From Owenia fusiformis (lineage: Eukaryota), in assembly GCA_903813345.2 (NCBI GenBank), contig CAIIXF020000001.1:13764001-13828000 (forward strand): a stretch of 64,000 nucleotides of DNA, written 5' to 3'. The stretch's first letter is position 1. The number at the start of each line of letters is the position of its first letter. The position numbers were made by a program, and so were the translations under genes. Shown here piece by piece: positions 23,201 through 33,734 of the stretch. The notes under the pieces were generated by a model that worked only from the letters and a program-made list of their open reading frames with translations, was not told where the DNA came from and searched no databases.

Positions 23201-26200
23201 ATGATTTTCCACACAAATCATGCCATTTCTCCATCTATTGTAAAAATAGATGAACGCAACACAACACAACTGCAGCCCAACAGATTTAATGTTTTGTTTA
23301 AATAGTGTTTACAAAACCTTCCATATTTGATTTTAATGACTGCTCAATGACTATAATATTTAAAGGTTATGTCACTATTGTTGCATATATGCCCGAGGGT
23401 TTCAGTGATATATGGCCCGACCTTGGGAGGGACATTGATCACTGAGAACCGAGGGCATATGTGCAACTATAGTGACATAAACGATTTATAACATACCTAT
23501 GATGATATAGTCTGGTCAGAACGTACCGTTTTCTTATCTTATTGACTAGCAATGGTTCGGAAATGATGATTTATTCCCATGTTTGTATCTTACGAATGTA
23601 CGATCAATTTGACCTAGGCCTAATGTATGACGTAGTCCCAGCGCTTGACCAACCAGAAAGTTAGCGGGCGCGGGCTTTTCAAAAGTTATATTGGCCCGCT
23701 GTCTTGTGAACAGTTTACACTATACGTCATCATAGGTATGTTATAATAAATTATATTACATATAATAAACTATTAAATTTTGTATTTGGGAGTTGAATTA
23801 TGTTGCATTCATCATCAACAACTGAACATCTAGTAGAACAAAAATCAAGAATAAATAATTCTGTGCAAAAGGTAATGTGACAACGGGCTGTGGCTACACC
23901 AAAGAATAGTAAGCATGCTGGAACGTCAGAAAATAACAAGAGTAAACAAACAAAATGCTCTTAAACAACTTTCATTTGACTTTTACGACTCATTTCTGGT
24001 AGATCAATGCAGTGTTGTTTTTATTGATGGCTAAATAAGAGCAGTTTGTCAAAAAACGAGAATTCCTGGAGTAAACACGGTGTATTACCTATTATACATT
24101 AATATATCTGGTGTCCAGATTTTTTTAGCTGGAAGACGAATACTTGTAATATTTCCATAATCCTCTGGATTCCACTTAAGCTTATAATCAGTCCATTCCT
24201 GCATAGAAACAAATTTGTGAAATTATGTTAAAATTATCAAAGTGTAGACAATTAAAAAAGCGTAATTGGTCATTCATAAAGCAAAACCACCTTCATGCTC
24301 AACTCGTTATTGCTCAAGTATGATCAGGTGAAGCAAAATTTTGCAGATATAAATAAAAAGGTTAGTGATAATATAAATTTATAATTTCGATACCCATACA
24401 CATTCATAAAGGAACATATATGTAAACGTAACAACAAATTAACTGAAACAAAAATACATCAATTAAAAATGCCACGACAAATGTATGTTCTTCTCTAGAA
24501 ACTCAGTGACAACTACAATAAAAACAACAGCAATCATGCTATATTTATCAGCTGCAGTGCCATTGATCATTTGATTATGTTTACCTATTATACATCAATA
24601 TATCTGGGGTCCATATTTTTTTGGCTGGAAGACGAATACTGGTAACGTTACCATATTCGCTTGGGTCCCATGAGAGTTTGTGGTCACTCCATTTCTGGTT
24701 GGCATTAATTAATGACACATGATGAGAAATTGTTTTTAGTAATGCTATATTTGTCGGAATGAATTCTAAATATTCAAAGTTTAAATATTACATCTTATCA
24801 TAATATTACATTTATATAGAAAATTGGCATTATGTTAAGAAATATACTCACATAGTTTAACCATACGTTAGTATGTAACATCTCGTTCTTTTCGTCCTGT
24901 AAAATCAAGAAATAAAATGTTATATGTGCTATTTAATTCCTCACTTTCTTATTTCCTTGTCACGTGTAGTCAGAGAGTGTGGAATATGACAGTAAATGAT
25001 AATAATGAAGAATATTTATCTTCAATGTCATAATTATTAAAACAGCAATTACTTGATTCATTTACAACTTATATATTGTAATAAAGAATTTCTAAACTAA
25101 CATTTTACTCATATTCAAATAATACAAATAGTTTAGATTAAGAATACTGTGTAAATAAGCACACACACACTTTCTACAGTTACGAAGCATCGCATTAACA
25201 CACGTGCTGAAGACTATGGCACAAAAAACAGTACAAACAAAGAGATACATTTATGATACATTTAGCTCGTGGCATTCCCTATACAGTATACAGAATAGGG
25301 ACCAGGTATGACGTCTAAATGCATCATATATTCCACTCATATTATTGTGGTTATTTTTGGTCAATTAATGATGATAAATAATAAATTCAAAAATAAATAA
25401 ATAATTTGATTAATAAATAATAAATTACGAAAATGATAATAAAAGGTTTGAATGATAAAGCCGATTGTAGGTTCCATATAAATCGTATGGCTAATGTTAA
25501 TCCCATTGGAAATATCTACTAAGTACTAAAGGTAGAATTTACTATTCCTGTTGAGTAAAAATCAAAGTTTGCATCAAATAGTATTGTTTCATACATTATC
25601 TAGTTTATCTAATGTCTACTGAAGTGTTATAAAAGAAATGTAACCTGATACATGGTTATTTCGTCTACAACATGTACAAGTAGTCCAGATAGGAAATAGG
25701 TTATGGAATAATATCAAAATAGTTTTCTACATAATTCAATATCTACTAAAATGAGAGCAAATGTGATTGTTATTATCTAAAGAAAGAGTATCCCACAAAG
25801 GAAATAGGTTATGGAATAATATCAAAATAGTTTTCTACATAATTCAATATCTACTAAAATGAGAGAAAATGTGATTGTTATTATTTATACTAAGTATATC
25901 CCACAAAGGAAATAGGTTATGGAATAATATCAAAATAGTTTTCCACATAATTCAAAATCTACTAAAATGAGAGAAAATGTGATTGTTATTATTGTTATTA
26001 TTTATACTAAGAGCATCCCACAAAGGAAATAATGGAATAATATCAAAATAGTTTTCTACATAATTCAATATCTACTAAAATTAGAGAAAATGTGATTGTT
26101 ATTATTTATACTCAGAGTATCCCACAAAGGAAATAGGTTATGAAATTATATTAAAATAGTTTTCTACATTATTCAATATCTACTAAAATGAGAGCAAGTG

Positions 26201-27087
26201 TGATTGCTATTAATTATACTAAAAGTATCCCACAAAAATAGTTTTCTACATCATTCAATTTTTTTACTAAAATGAGATTAAATGTGATTGTTATTATTTA
26301 TACTAAGTGTATCCCACAAAGAAAATAAGTTATGGAATAATATCAAAATAGTTTTCTACATTATTCAATTTCTACTAAGAGTATTCCGAAAAATGGATTA
26401 TGCCATGGGGGAGTTTGGTGTACATCTACAATGGACTACACTAAAGAATTGTGGTTTAATTTCTCTGTAGTTTTGGGACAGGGTTCCATTAACTTACAAC
26501 ATCAATGATCTGTTGCAAAGATAGCCCATATTTAACTTCAAGCGTGTCCGTCTCTTGGGCAACGGGTCGAGCTAAGGATTGATAATTCCTGCCCTCGGGA
26601 CTAAATATGTCATTTATAAGCCTTTCTTCATGTGGACCTTGCTTTGACTCTGTTAAATAAATGCAAATCAAACAAAATAACTAATATCATAACGACATGT
26701 AAGCTTTCTCTGTACTTTTATATACCTGAAATAAAAGAAAATGGCGAAACAATAAACAAAAATATACATTCAGAGCTGGCAACAAGCAAACCAAGCTTCA
26801 CACCAACGCCATACCATCTCACCTCCTTTTATCTTGATATTGCCCATATAGCGTTTAGGGAAGGTCATGCATATATAGCATTGGTGTGATATACATTCAT
26901 TTTGCAATGTCCTGTTTAAGCACCACATCACTTACAACTCCAATAATTTGTTGCAACGATATTCCAAACTCTACTTCTAGTGATTCACTTTCGTTGGCCA
27001 CAGGCCGCGCAAGATTATTGTAATTGCGCTTTTCTTTGTGGAATATTTCATCTATGAGTCTTTCTTCGTGTGGGCCCTGTTCTGACT
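16796..27087 (-). CDS. CHRNA7-like: Gene B: alpha7-like nAChR alpha subunit with duplicated alternative exons 2a/2b, 4a/4b/4c, 8a/8b
   Basis: Constitutive exons 24896-24852, 21538-21422, 21305-21169, 20848-20654, 17677-17568, 17278-16796 plus seven alternative exons. Any one-per-cluster choice gives an open alpha-subunit frame with Cys-loop, vicinal CC and four TM segments. Confidence 0.95.
17568..17677 (-). CDS. Gene B exon 9 (M3)
   Basis: 110 nt; [37 protein letters not shown]. Confidence 0.95.
18060..18700 (-). mobile_element. Tc1/mariner-family transposon remnant in the intron between exon 8b and exon 9
   Basis: ORF end [55 protein letters not shown] resembles the C-terminus of Tc1/mariner transposases; a TA-CAG terminus-like site lies at ~18063; boundaries approximate. 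Confidence 0.55.
18886..18972 (-). CDS. Gene B alternative exon 8b (M2)
   Basis: 87 nt; ttttcag|GT...G|gtaaac; [29 protein letters not shown]. Confidence 0.9.
19604..19690 (-). CDS. Gene B alternative exon 8a (M2)
   Basis: 87 nt; atag|GC...G|gtatga; [29 protein letters not shown]. Confidence 0.9.
20654..20848 (-). CDS. Gene B exon 7 (loop C, M1)
   Basis: 195 nt; [65 protein letters not shown]. Confidence 0.95.
21169..21305 (-). CDS. Gene B exon 6
   Basis: 137 nt; [45 protein letters not shown]. Confidence 0.95.
21422..21538 (-). CDS. Gene B exon 5
   Basis: 117 nt; [39 protein letters not shown]. Confidence 0.95.
22667..22776 (-). CDS. Gene B alternative exon 4c
   Basis: 110 nt; catag|GAA...AG|gtaatc; [37 protein letters not shown]. 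Confidence 0.88.
23365..23747. mobile_element. MITE-like element with a hairpin (23365-23481) and a 20-bp inverted repeat, between exons 4b and 4c
   Basis: ttatgtcactat..ttgcatatatgccc / gggcatatgtgcaa.tatagtgacataa; ttataacatacctatgatga (23487) vs tcatcataggtatgttataa (23728). Similar hairpins at ~12730-12800 and ~62335-62395. Confidence 0.65.
24089..24198 (-). CDS. Gene B alternative exon 4b
   Basis: 110 nt; tgcag|GAA...AG|gtaata; [37 protein letters not shown]. Confidence 0.92.
24585..24694 (-). CDS. Gene B alternative exon 4a
   Basis: 110 nt; accag|AAA...AG|gtaaac (weak pyrimidine tract); [37 protein letters not shown]. Confidence 0.88.
24852..24896 (-). CDS. Gene B exon 3 (loop D)
   Basis: 45 nt; cag|GAC...TAT|gtgagt; [15 protein letters not shown]. 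Confidence 0.95.
25692..26391. repeat. Tandem repeat, ~108-bp unit, ~6.5 copies, in the intron between exon 2b and exon 3
   Basis: ggaaataggttatggaataatatcaaaatagttttctacataattcaatatctactaaaatgagag... recurs at ~25692, 25800, 25908, 26025, 26129 and 26321. Confidence 0.95.
26498..26649 (-). CDS. Gene B alternative exon 2b
   Basis: 152 nt; taacag|AG TCA...GTT|gtaagt; [50 protein letters not shown]. Confidence 0.9.
26936..27087 (-). CDS. Gene B alternative exon 2a
   Basis: 152 nt; tttatag|AG TCA...GTT|gtaagt; [50 protein letters not shown]. Confidence 0.92.
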
Positions 27088-28352
27088 CTATAAACAGTAT
27101 AGAATAATTGTCTTACAACAACACATATTTGTTATATTGATATATGTCTCGTTTGAGTAGTATAATTTTGTTCTATTTCTTAACCAACAAATAAGTGTAA
27201 CCTCAACATTGTTGAAATTGATCATTTTTTGGTACATGCTAATATAGAACTAAAAACTAGAATGTCTGTGTCGCTAGGCATTCCAACAATGGGTAATGGA
27301 TGAACCACTCCGGAGAGAGCTTCAGGGTTATATAATTTGATGCAAACTGGCATGCTAAATAGCAAATATGTAAGTACAGTAACATAAGCATAATTAAGAA
27401 AAATAGATGGGAATAGGGATACATAATCAAATCCTAATTATTAATTTGTTTCCTGAGGCTAGAGTACATTTCAACTTTTTTGACGAATCCTTAGATTGAA
27501 AGCACCACTCTCAAAGTATCACTTGTATATACTAAAATTCATAAAACTAAGTAGTCATAGACTTTATACGACATCACTTCAAATTATTCATTCACTCCTT
27601 TCCGAAATACTCCCAAAATAATGAATACATACAGGGTGTAATAAATATATGTATTATGTAAATGCAACAAGGTTTGTCTTGTTTTACAAATATTTAAATC
27701 AATAACTTTTGCTGAAAATAACAGATACTGGGTCACTCTTTAAACAATTAATAAATTACTAGTACCTTAATATTCTACAATCTACGAATGTATTAACAGA
27801 CCGAGAAATACGCCAGACAAAATTTTAAACATGTTTGATAGAAACAGCAGTATATAGAGGGCATTGTATATACACCACGTATATGTTGTGAAATTTAAAA
27901 CTAATTATGTCGTATATTATATCCTATATTTTCTAACCTTGGTCCAAGGGTATTTCAATATTTCCATACTGAGCTGCGACAGTAGCGAAGCCCTTTCTTG
28001 AAGGATGAGTTTTGGCATAATATTTGAGACTTCGAATTTGGTTTACTAGTACTAGTTTATTAATACTAGTTTGTAGAAATATTAATAAAATAACAAATAG
28101 TGTAATATAGATCATATCAAGATTCAAAATACAATTGGCTAGAGTGTAAGAGAACGTGTGCAGAGTAAACTATGCAACTTTACTATCGTTTTACAGTTTA
28201 CAAGTGTACAAGTACAAGTATCTGCACATCGGTATATACACTGAACGTGAAAATAGCTGTCTAAAACTATAAACCAACGAAATCTCAAGTTGAAAAACTA
28301 TTCCGGGAATTATAAAGTTATTGCTCTGCGAAACTTTTTGCAAGTGTATTTA

Positions 28353-29201
28353 CACCCTATGCAGACAGAGCCTGTGGGAAATATTGGGTGCGGAGCAAAT
28401 AAACGGAGGGTGCGGAGCTAACGGTCATTTTTGAATTTAAATTTGGGATATTTCTGAAACTAAGCCGTTTTGGGACTTCAAATATACCAAGATATGTGTA
28501 TTTGACACCAAATATCAATACAATTGTGAAAATAGTAGCGCAATTCATTCTATAGCGACGCAGTGTGCCTTAAACCTTTCCCAGACCTATATATTTTGAA
28601 ATTATCCTTTTAATACTGAGTCCCCAGCATTCATAAAAAATGGTGTTCAAGGTGCACTATCTATACAAATTATTTTTGCATCTTGGAAGCCAGGCAGTAT
28701 CTGTGTGATTTTATAAAAATTCGGAAATGTTCTTCAGATATGAGCCCCTCTAAATATTGGGTGCGGAGCAGCTCCATAAACGTAGCTCCGCACCCAATAT
28801 TTAGAGGGGCTCATATCTGAAGAACATTTCCGAATTTTTATAAAATCACACAGATACTGCCTGGCTTCCAAGATGCAAAAATAATTTGCATGGGTAGTGT
28901 ATCTTGAACACCATTTTTTATGAATGCTGGGGACGCAGTATTAAAAGGATAGTCTCAAAATATATAGGTCTGGGAAATGTTTAAGGCATACTGCGTCGCT
29001 ATAAAATGAATTGCACTACTATTTTCACAATTTTATTGATATTTGGTGTCAAATACACATATCTTGGTATATTTGAAGTCCCAAAACGGCTTAGTTTCAG
29101 AAATATCCCAATTTTAAATTAAAAAATGACCGTTAGCTCCGCACCCTCCGCTCATTTGCGCCGCAGCCAATATTTCCCACAGGCTCTGTCTGCATAGGGT
29201 G
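28353..29201. repeat. Near-perfect 849-bp palindrome (foldback element)
   Basis: caccctatgcagacagagcctgtgggaaatattgg ... ccaatatttcccacaggctctgtctgcatagggtg; arms ~415 bp with a short spacer near 28778. Confidence 0.95.
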
Positions 29202-31264
29202 ATTTAGAAATGTTTGAAAATGCCATGATAAAAAATGATAAGGAACCACACGTCATTCTGCTAAGAGGGACGACCAGGGATTGTTAGTTCAAAGTCACGC
29301 AAGTCAAAAGATGTTTTAGTAGAACAGAATATTCCTCTATTACAAAAATATTCTATATCATAATATAATACAATATAATCCATAATTATACTTCAAAGAT
29401 GTTCATAGTTTTATTATTGCAAATATTTACTATTATATATTAGTATATGAAAAATTGCGTTTTTGGTTAATATTGACTGATAAATCAACCTTTGATCAAA
29501 ATCAAGTCAAAAATTTAGAATATCAACTCGTAAAACCGAGATTCTATTATTCATATGATATATGATATTTTATCATATATTAAAATACCGAAGGCGCAAA
29601 GGAGTAGGCTCTTAGGCAAAGGACTATATGAAATTCAATGTCATATACTGCCATAAGTCATAGAATCGAGGTCTTTGTTACGATTCTAATTTGATAAACA
29701 ACTTCAAGGCACTTTCATTTTCAGGTTATCATAACGTCCATTTATCATATTAGAATACAAAAGCTACTTGTCAGTCCTATTTGGGAACTTGGCAAAGCGT
29801 TGAATTCAAAACACTCTTACAGGTGAGTTCTACAAAAGTAATCAGTATTTAGTATATTTTGTTAATTTACATGTTAGGCCATTGTGGACTACACTGTCAT
29901 TGAATTCGTTATATATGTGTATCTTTATGAGACAATAAGTTATAATGATTCTAAAGGAGATAGCTTACGAACTTACATTTAGTTTCGTATCTGGCCTTTG
30001 TATGTATCGCACAAGTCGAGGTTGAGAAAAATTCTGATCTAAAGGCAGTGCTACTGAATCAATGAGTCGATGAACTAACTATAGTTTCTATTCTATCGGA
30101 TTAGTCAGAGTGTAGATATTCCTTTTTGAATATAGCCGGGTCATCAGCGGGGTGCGTCCATAAATCCTGTACAAGCTACGGTGAGCAAGCCGAGCAAACT
30201 TTGAGCAATAAGCTATAGTGAAAATATGCATTGAATCGAAGTAGCCTCTCATCATTTGAGATAACGTTACTGACATCTATTGACGATATATGATATTACG
30301 ATATTGTAAGTAATAAAAATTTAAAATACATGCATGATACATAATTAGAAATGAATCCAGTATTAGAAGCCTAGATATTCATTTAAGACTTTCAGTTCAA
30401 AATATTACTTTAGAAAAAAACAAAAAAGGGGGACATTCGAGATTTGAGAGATTTGGTGGCATCTTAAACAACTACAAAACTAGTGATATGCTAACTCAGC
30501 ATGTACTACGTTGTCGTTATATTACGGCTCCACTCCCCGGCTCCATTATGGTATCTTTAACCTGCACTGGCCGTGATCAAATTATTAGTAGATATAAGAG
30601 TAATTTGTTCAATGGAGACATGGGAGTATTTGTCTCAGCACAAATTATTTTACACCATAAATCAACCAGATTGAGAAGGTAATTGAATACAACATGTATA
30701 AATCGAGAAACTGTATAACTACTGAAACGCGGGGTATTTCTTGAAAGATGTTCTAAACATATCAAAGAGATGATAGGTCAGAATGTTTAATCCTTTTTGT
30801 TTAAAACAACTTATCTGAAATAAAGTTATTAAAGCGAAAAACTGTATTGTGAAAAAGATTTGCTGAAATATGTTATTTTATTGACCCAATATCCAAAGCA
30901 GAGCAACGTAGTCATCTTTGATAATTGATATATCCTTGCTCATAGAACATCGTAGGCTTTTAACCATTTTCATTTTTATTCTGAACTGAATGCTAATTTA
31001 CAATTATAAGCCTAATTAAAAAGCCTGAACTTGTATGGATTGGATGACTTAATTAATTGCAGTTGGCAGGAAGAAAATTTGTGTTTCGATCGGTCAATGG
31101 TCTTCTACATCAGCTTGAGATCAGGGTGACAGTTAATATAGATCTGGTCGACCTGTTTTACCGAGCTAAATAATAACCAAGTACTAATAACCAAAGGACA
31201 TAATTTAGAATTGGTCTTGCTTCACCATGTGATCTTTCAATTGTCTGCCTTCAACATTATGAGC

Positions 31265-31960
31265 TTAATCTTGTCCTGCTTCAATAAGCGATCATCGAGA
31301 TCTTGTCAAGCACTTGTCTGGCTTCCCGAAGCGATCATCGAGATCTTCTTTAAGAATGGTCCTGCTTCAATAAGCGATCAGATCATCTAGATGCTTCCCG
31401 AACCAATCCTCGAGATCTTATTTAAGAGTGGTCCTGATTCAATAAGCGATCATCGATATGCTTCCCGAAGCGATCATCGAGATCTTCTTTAAGAATGGTG
31501 CTGATTCAATAAGCGATCATCGAGATGCTTCCCGAAGCGATCATCGAGATCTTCTTTAAGAATGGTCCTGCTTCAATAAACGATCATAGAGATCTTATCA
31601 AGCAATGGTCCTGCTTCACGCGATCATCGAGCTCTTATCAAGTACTGCTTCACTAAGCGATCATCGAGCTCTTATTTAGTACTGTTTCAATAAGCGATCA
31701 TCGAGATCTTATATATTTAGCAATGGTCCTGCTTTACTAAGCGATCGTCGAGATCTTATTTAGAACTGGTCCTGCTTCATAGTCTTCAACATTTCACGGC
31801 GGCAGGTAAAACTTTAGTCTGAGCTCGATCGGCGCAGGCTTTCTACACTAATCGATGAACGAGATCGAATTTAACACTGGACATGCTTCACTTTAAGCGA
31901 TCATCGAAATCCCCATTAGCAGTGGTCTTGTCTCATTAAACGAGAAAATCTTAGTAGATT
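31265..31960. repeat. Degenerate minisatellite (~25-42-bp units, core aagcgatcatcgagatctt...tggtcctgcttc)
   Basis: Core recurs more than ten times with variable internal deletions. Confidence 0.9.
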
Positions 31961-33734
31961 GGACATGCTTCAGTAAATGATTATTTAAATCAAATTTAGT
32001 TCTATTTCGAACCTCCAGATCCAGTTTCTGTTAACTAAATATAGCAGTTGACTAAAGCGCATCGTTCATCATCACCTCATCAGGGTAAATAAACATCTAT
32101 TAGTATCACGCTTACCTTATGATAGTCTAGGCTACTCTTATTTTGAACTAACATATATTTGTAACACCATTTTGTTATTCCAGTGGAGATCGAGGTGAGA
32201 CCTTGACACTTGGAATTTGGAGGGAACATCACCTTGTATGAGGTTATAGACCCTATCGAATGGCAAGATTAATCTCTGGGGGATTAATGTTACGAAAATC
32301 CCATACTTAGCTCATGATTGAGGTCGGTCAATAAAAAAAACTATAATGCATATTAGATTTTTCCACATAATGAAAATACAGATTGTGAGAGTCTTAGATT
32401 TGTTTGTAATCTAGCTATAATCTGTATGTGAATGTAGTCAGTTGGAGCATCCAGTCTTCGTCATTGAGCAATTAAAAAAGCAAGAAATAAGTTCAGAATA
32501 TCTGATGCATCCTTCAAGATCGGGCTTCACTGCTATGACAGTATGGAAAGAATTGAAAACCCCTTGGACCAAGGATATGACGACTTGTAAATGTAGATGT
32601 AAAATTGTTAATGTAAAAGCACTCTCGTGATTTATCTTATCCGCATAGCACATCTGACAATAAGGGGCACTATCTGAATGAAGATGCATAAGGGACCCAT
32701 TCCAAACATTATCAACTTTTATTAAGTGAAGTTCATAACAATAATTCCATTGAAGTAGATGGGAAAGATTGTTTTAGGGTACTCTTTAGTCTAAGTTATA
32801 GCTCCGGTGAAAATGTCCCGATGGTCCATTTACAAGTTTCGAATTATCCATCACTTCTGGTATTGACTGTTATGGTTTTGTCATAAAATGATCATTTTAT
32901 CGTCCTAACGTTGTAGGGGATTAAATAATTAATGACTGCTTGAGAATACTTTTCTACAATGGAACAGTAACTTCAATTTCCAAAGCAGATGTTGGGATCT
33001 ATTGGTTAGTCGTAAATGACAAAACAATCCACCGGAAATCATCAGACGCAGTACAACAGTTGTTCAAGTTATTCTTCCATATATAAGTGTTTTATAAATA
33101 ATGTATCTAGAAGGTTTCTGACCTGACTAAGGAGATTATTAAAAAGCCGTAACATCTGACATTAAATCAGCCCATTGCCGAAAATATGCTCAACTGCCCG
33201 ATGAGATATTCAATATGGCGTTTCACCAACTGTTGTGTTATTGGGTTCTATCTACCGGAACAGCTTGTTAAACAAATCAGATATTATTATACCTCAGGAA
33301 TCACCATGTTATCTGTTGTAGCAGATCTTCTTTACATTTTGTGTACATTTTCTAGGGTAATTACACAAAGGCGTTTTTTGAGCAAGCATTCTTTACATTT
33401 AATAGACCATTTACCAGCAAATGTTAAGTTTTTGCGGTGATTGTCTCAAGGATATGGCAAACAATATTTTTGTTTCAAACTTAACAGTATGATGTATATA
33501 TGTATATTTGAAATATTCAAAATGCCAGTCAGAATTCAAGATGGCCACTTCAAAGTTGAGTCATCTAACAATGTGGAGAATCCAGTCGGTTTAAATAGAT
33601 CATGGTGACAGGGGATATTAGAAAGAATACAAAACGGTTTCCAAAGCTAATCAACTCTAGAATAGGACAATTCGAAGATCTGGAAGATCAAAATCATGAT
33701 GCCGTGGAAAACGGTACATGACAAGAATGCTAAA

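Noticed and set aside
25692-26391. Repeat arrays here and at 31265-31960, 47835-48420 and 60715-61660 as CRISPR-like arrays
   Set aside because: Units are head-to-tail without unique spacers, there are no cas genes and the context is eukaryotic; they are satellites or minisatellites.
16796-27087. Duplicated exons as two or three interleaved separate genes, or as dead pseudo-exons
   Set aside because: Exons 3, 5, 6, 7, 9 and 10 occur only once in this span, and all duplicates have intact frames and splice sites with mostly synonymous divergence.
32111-32170. Donor AAG|gtaagc with upstream ATG as gene B exon 1
   Set aside because: In-frame stop codons in the required phase and no hydrophobic signal peptide.
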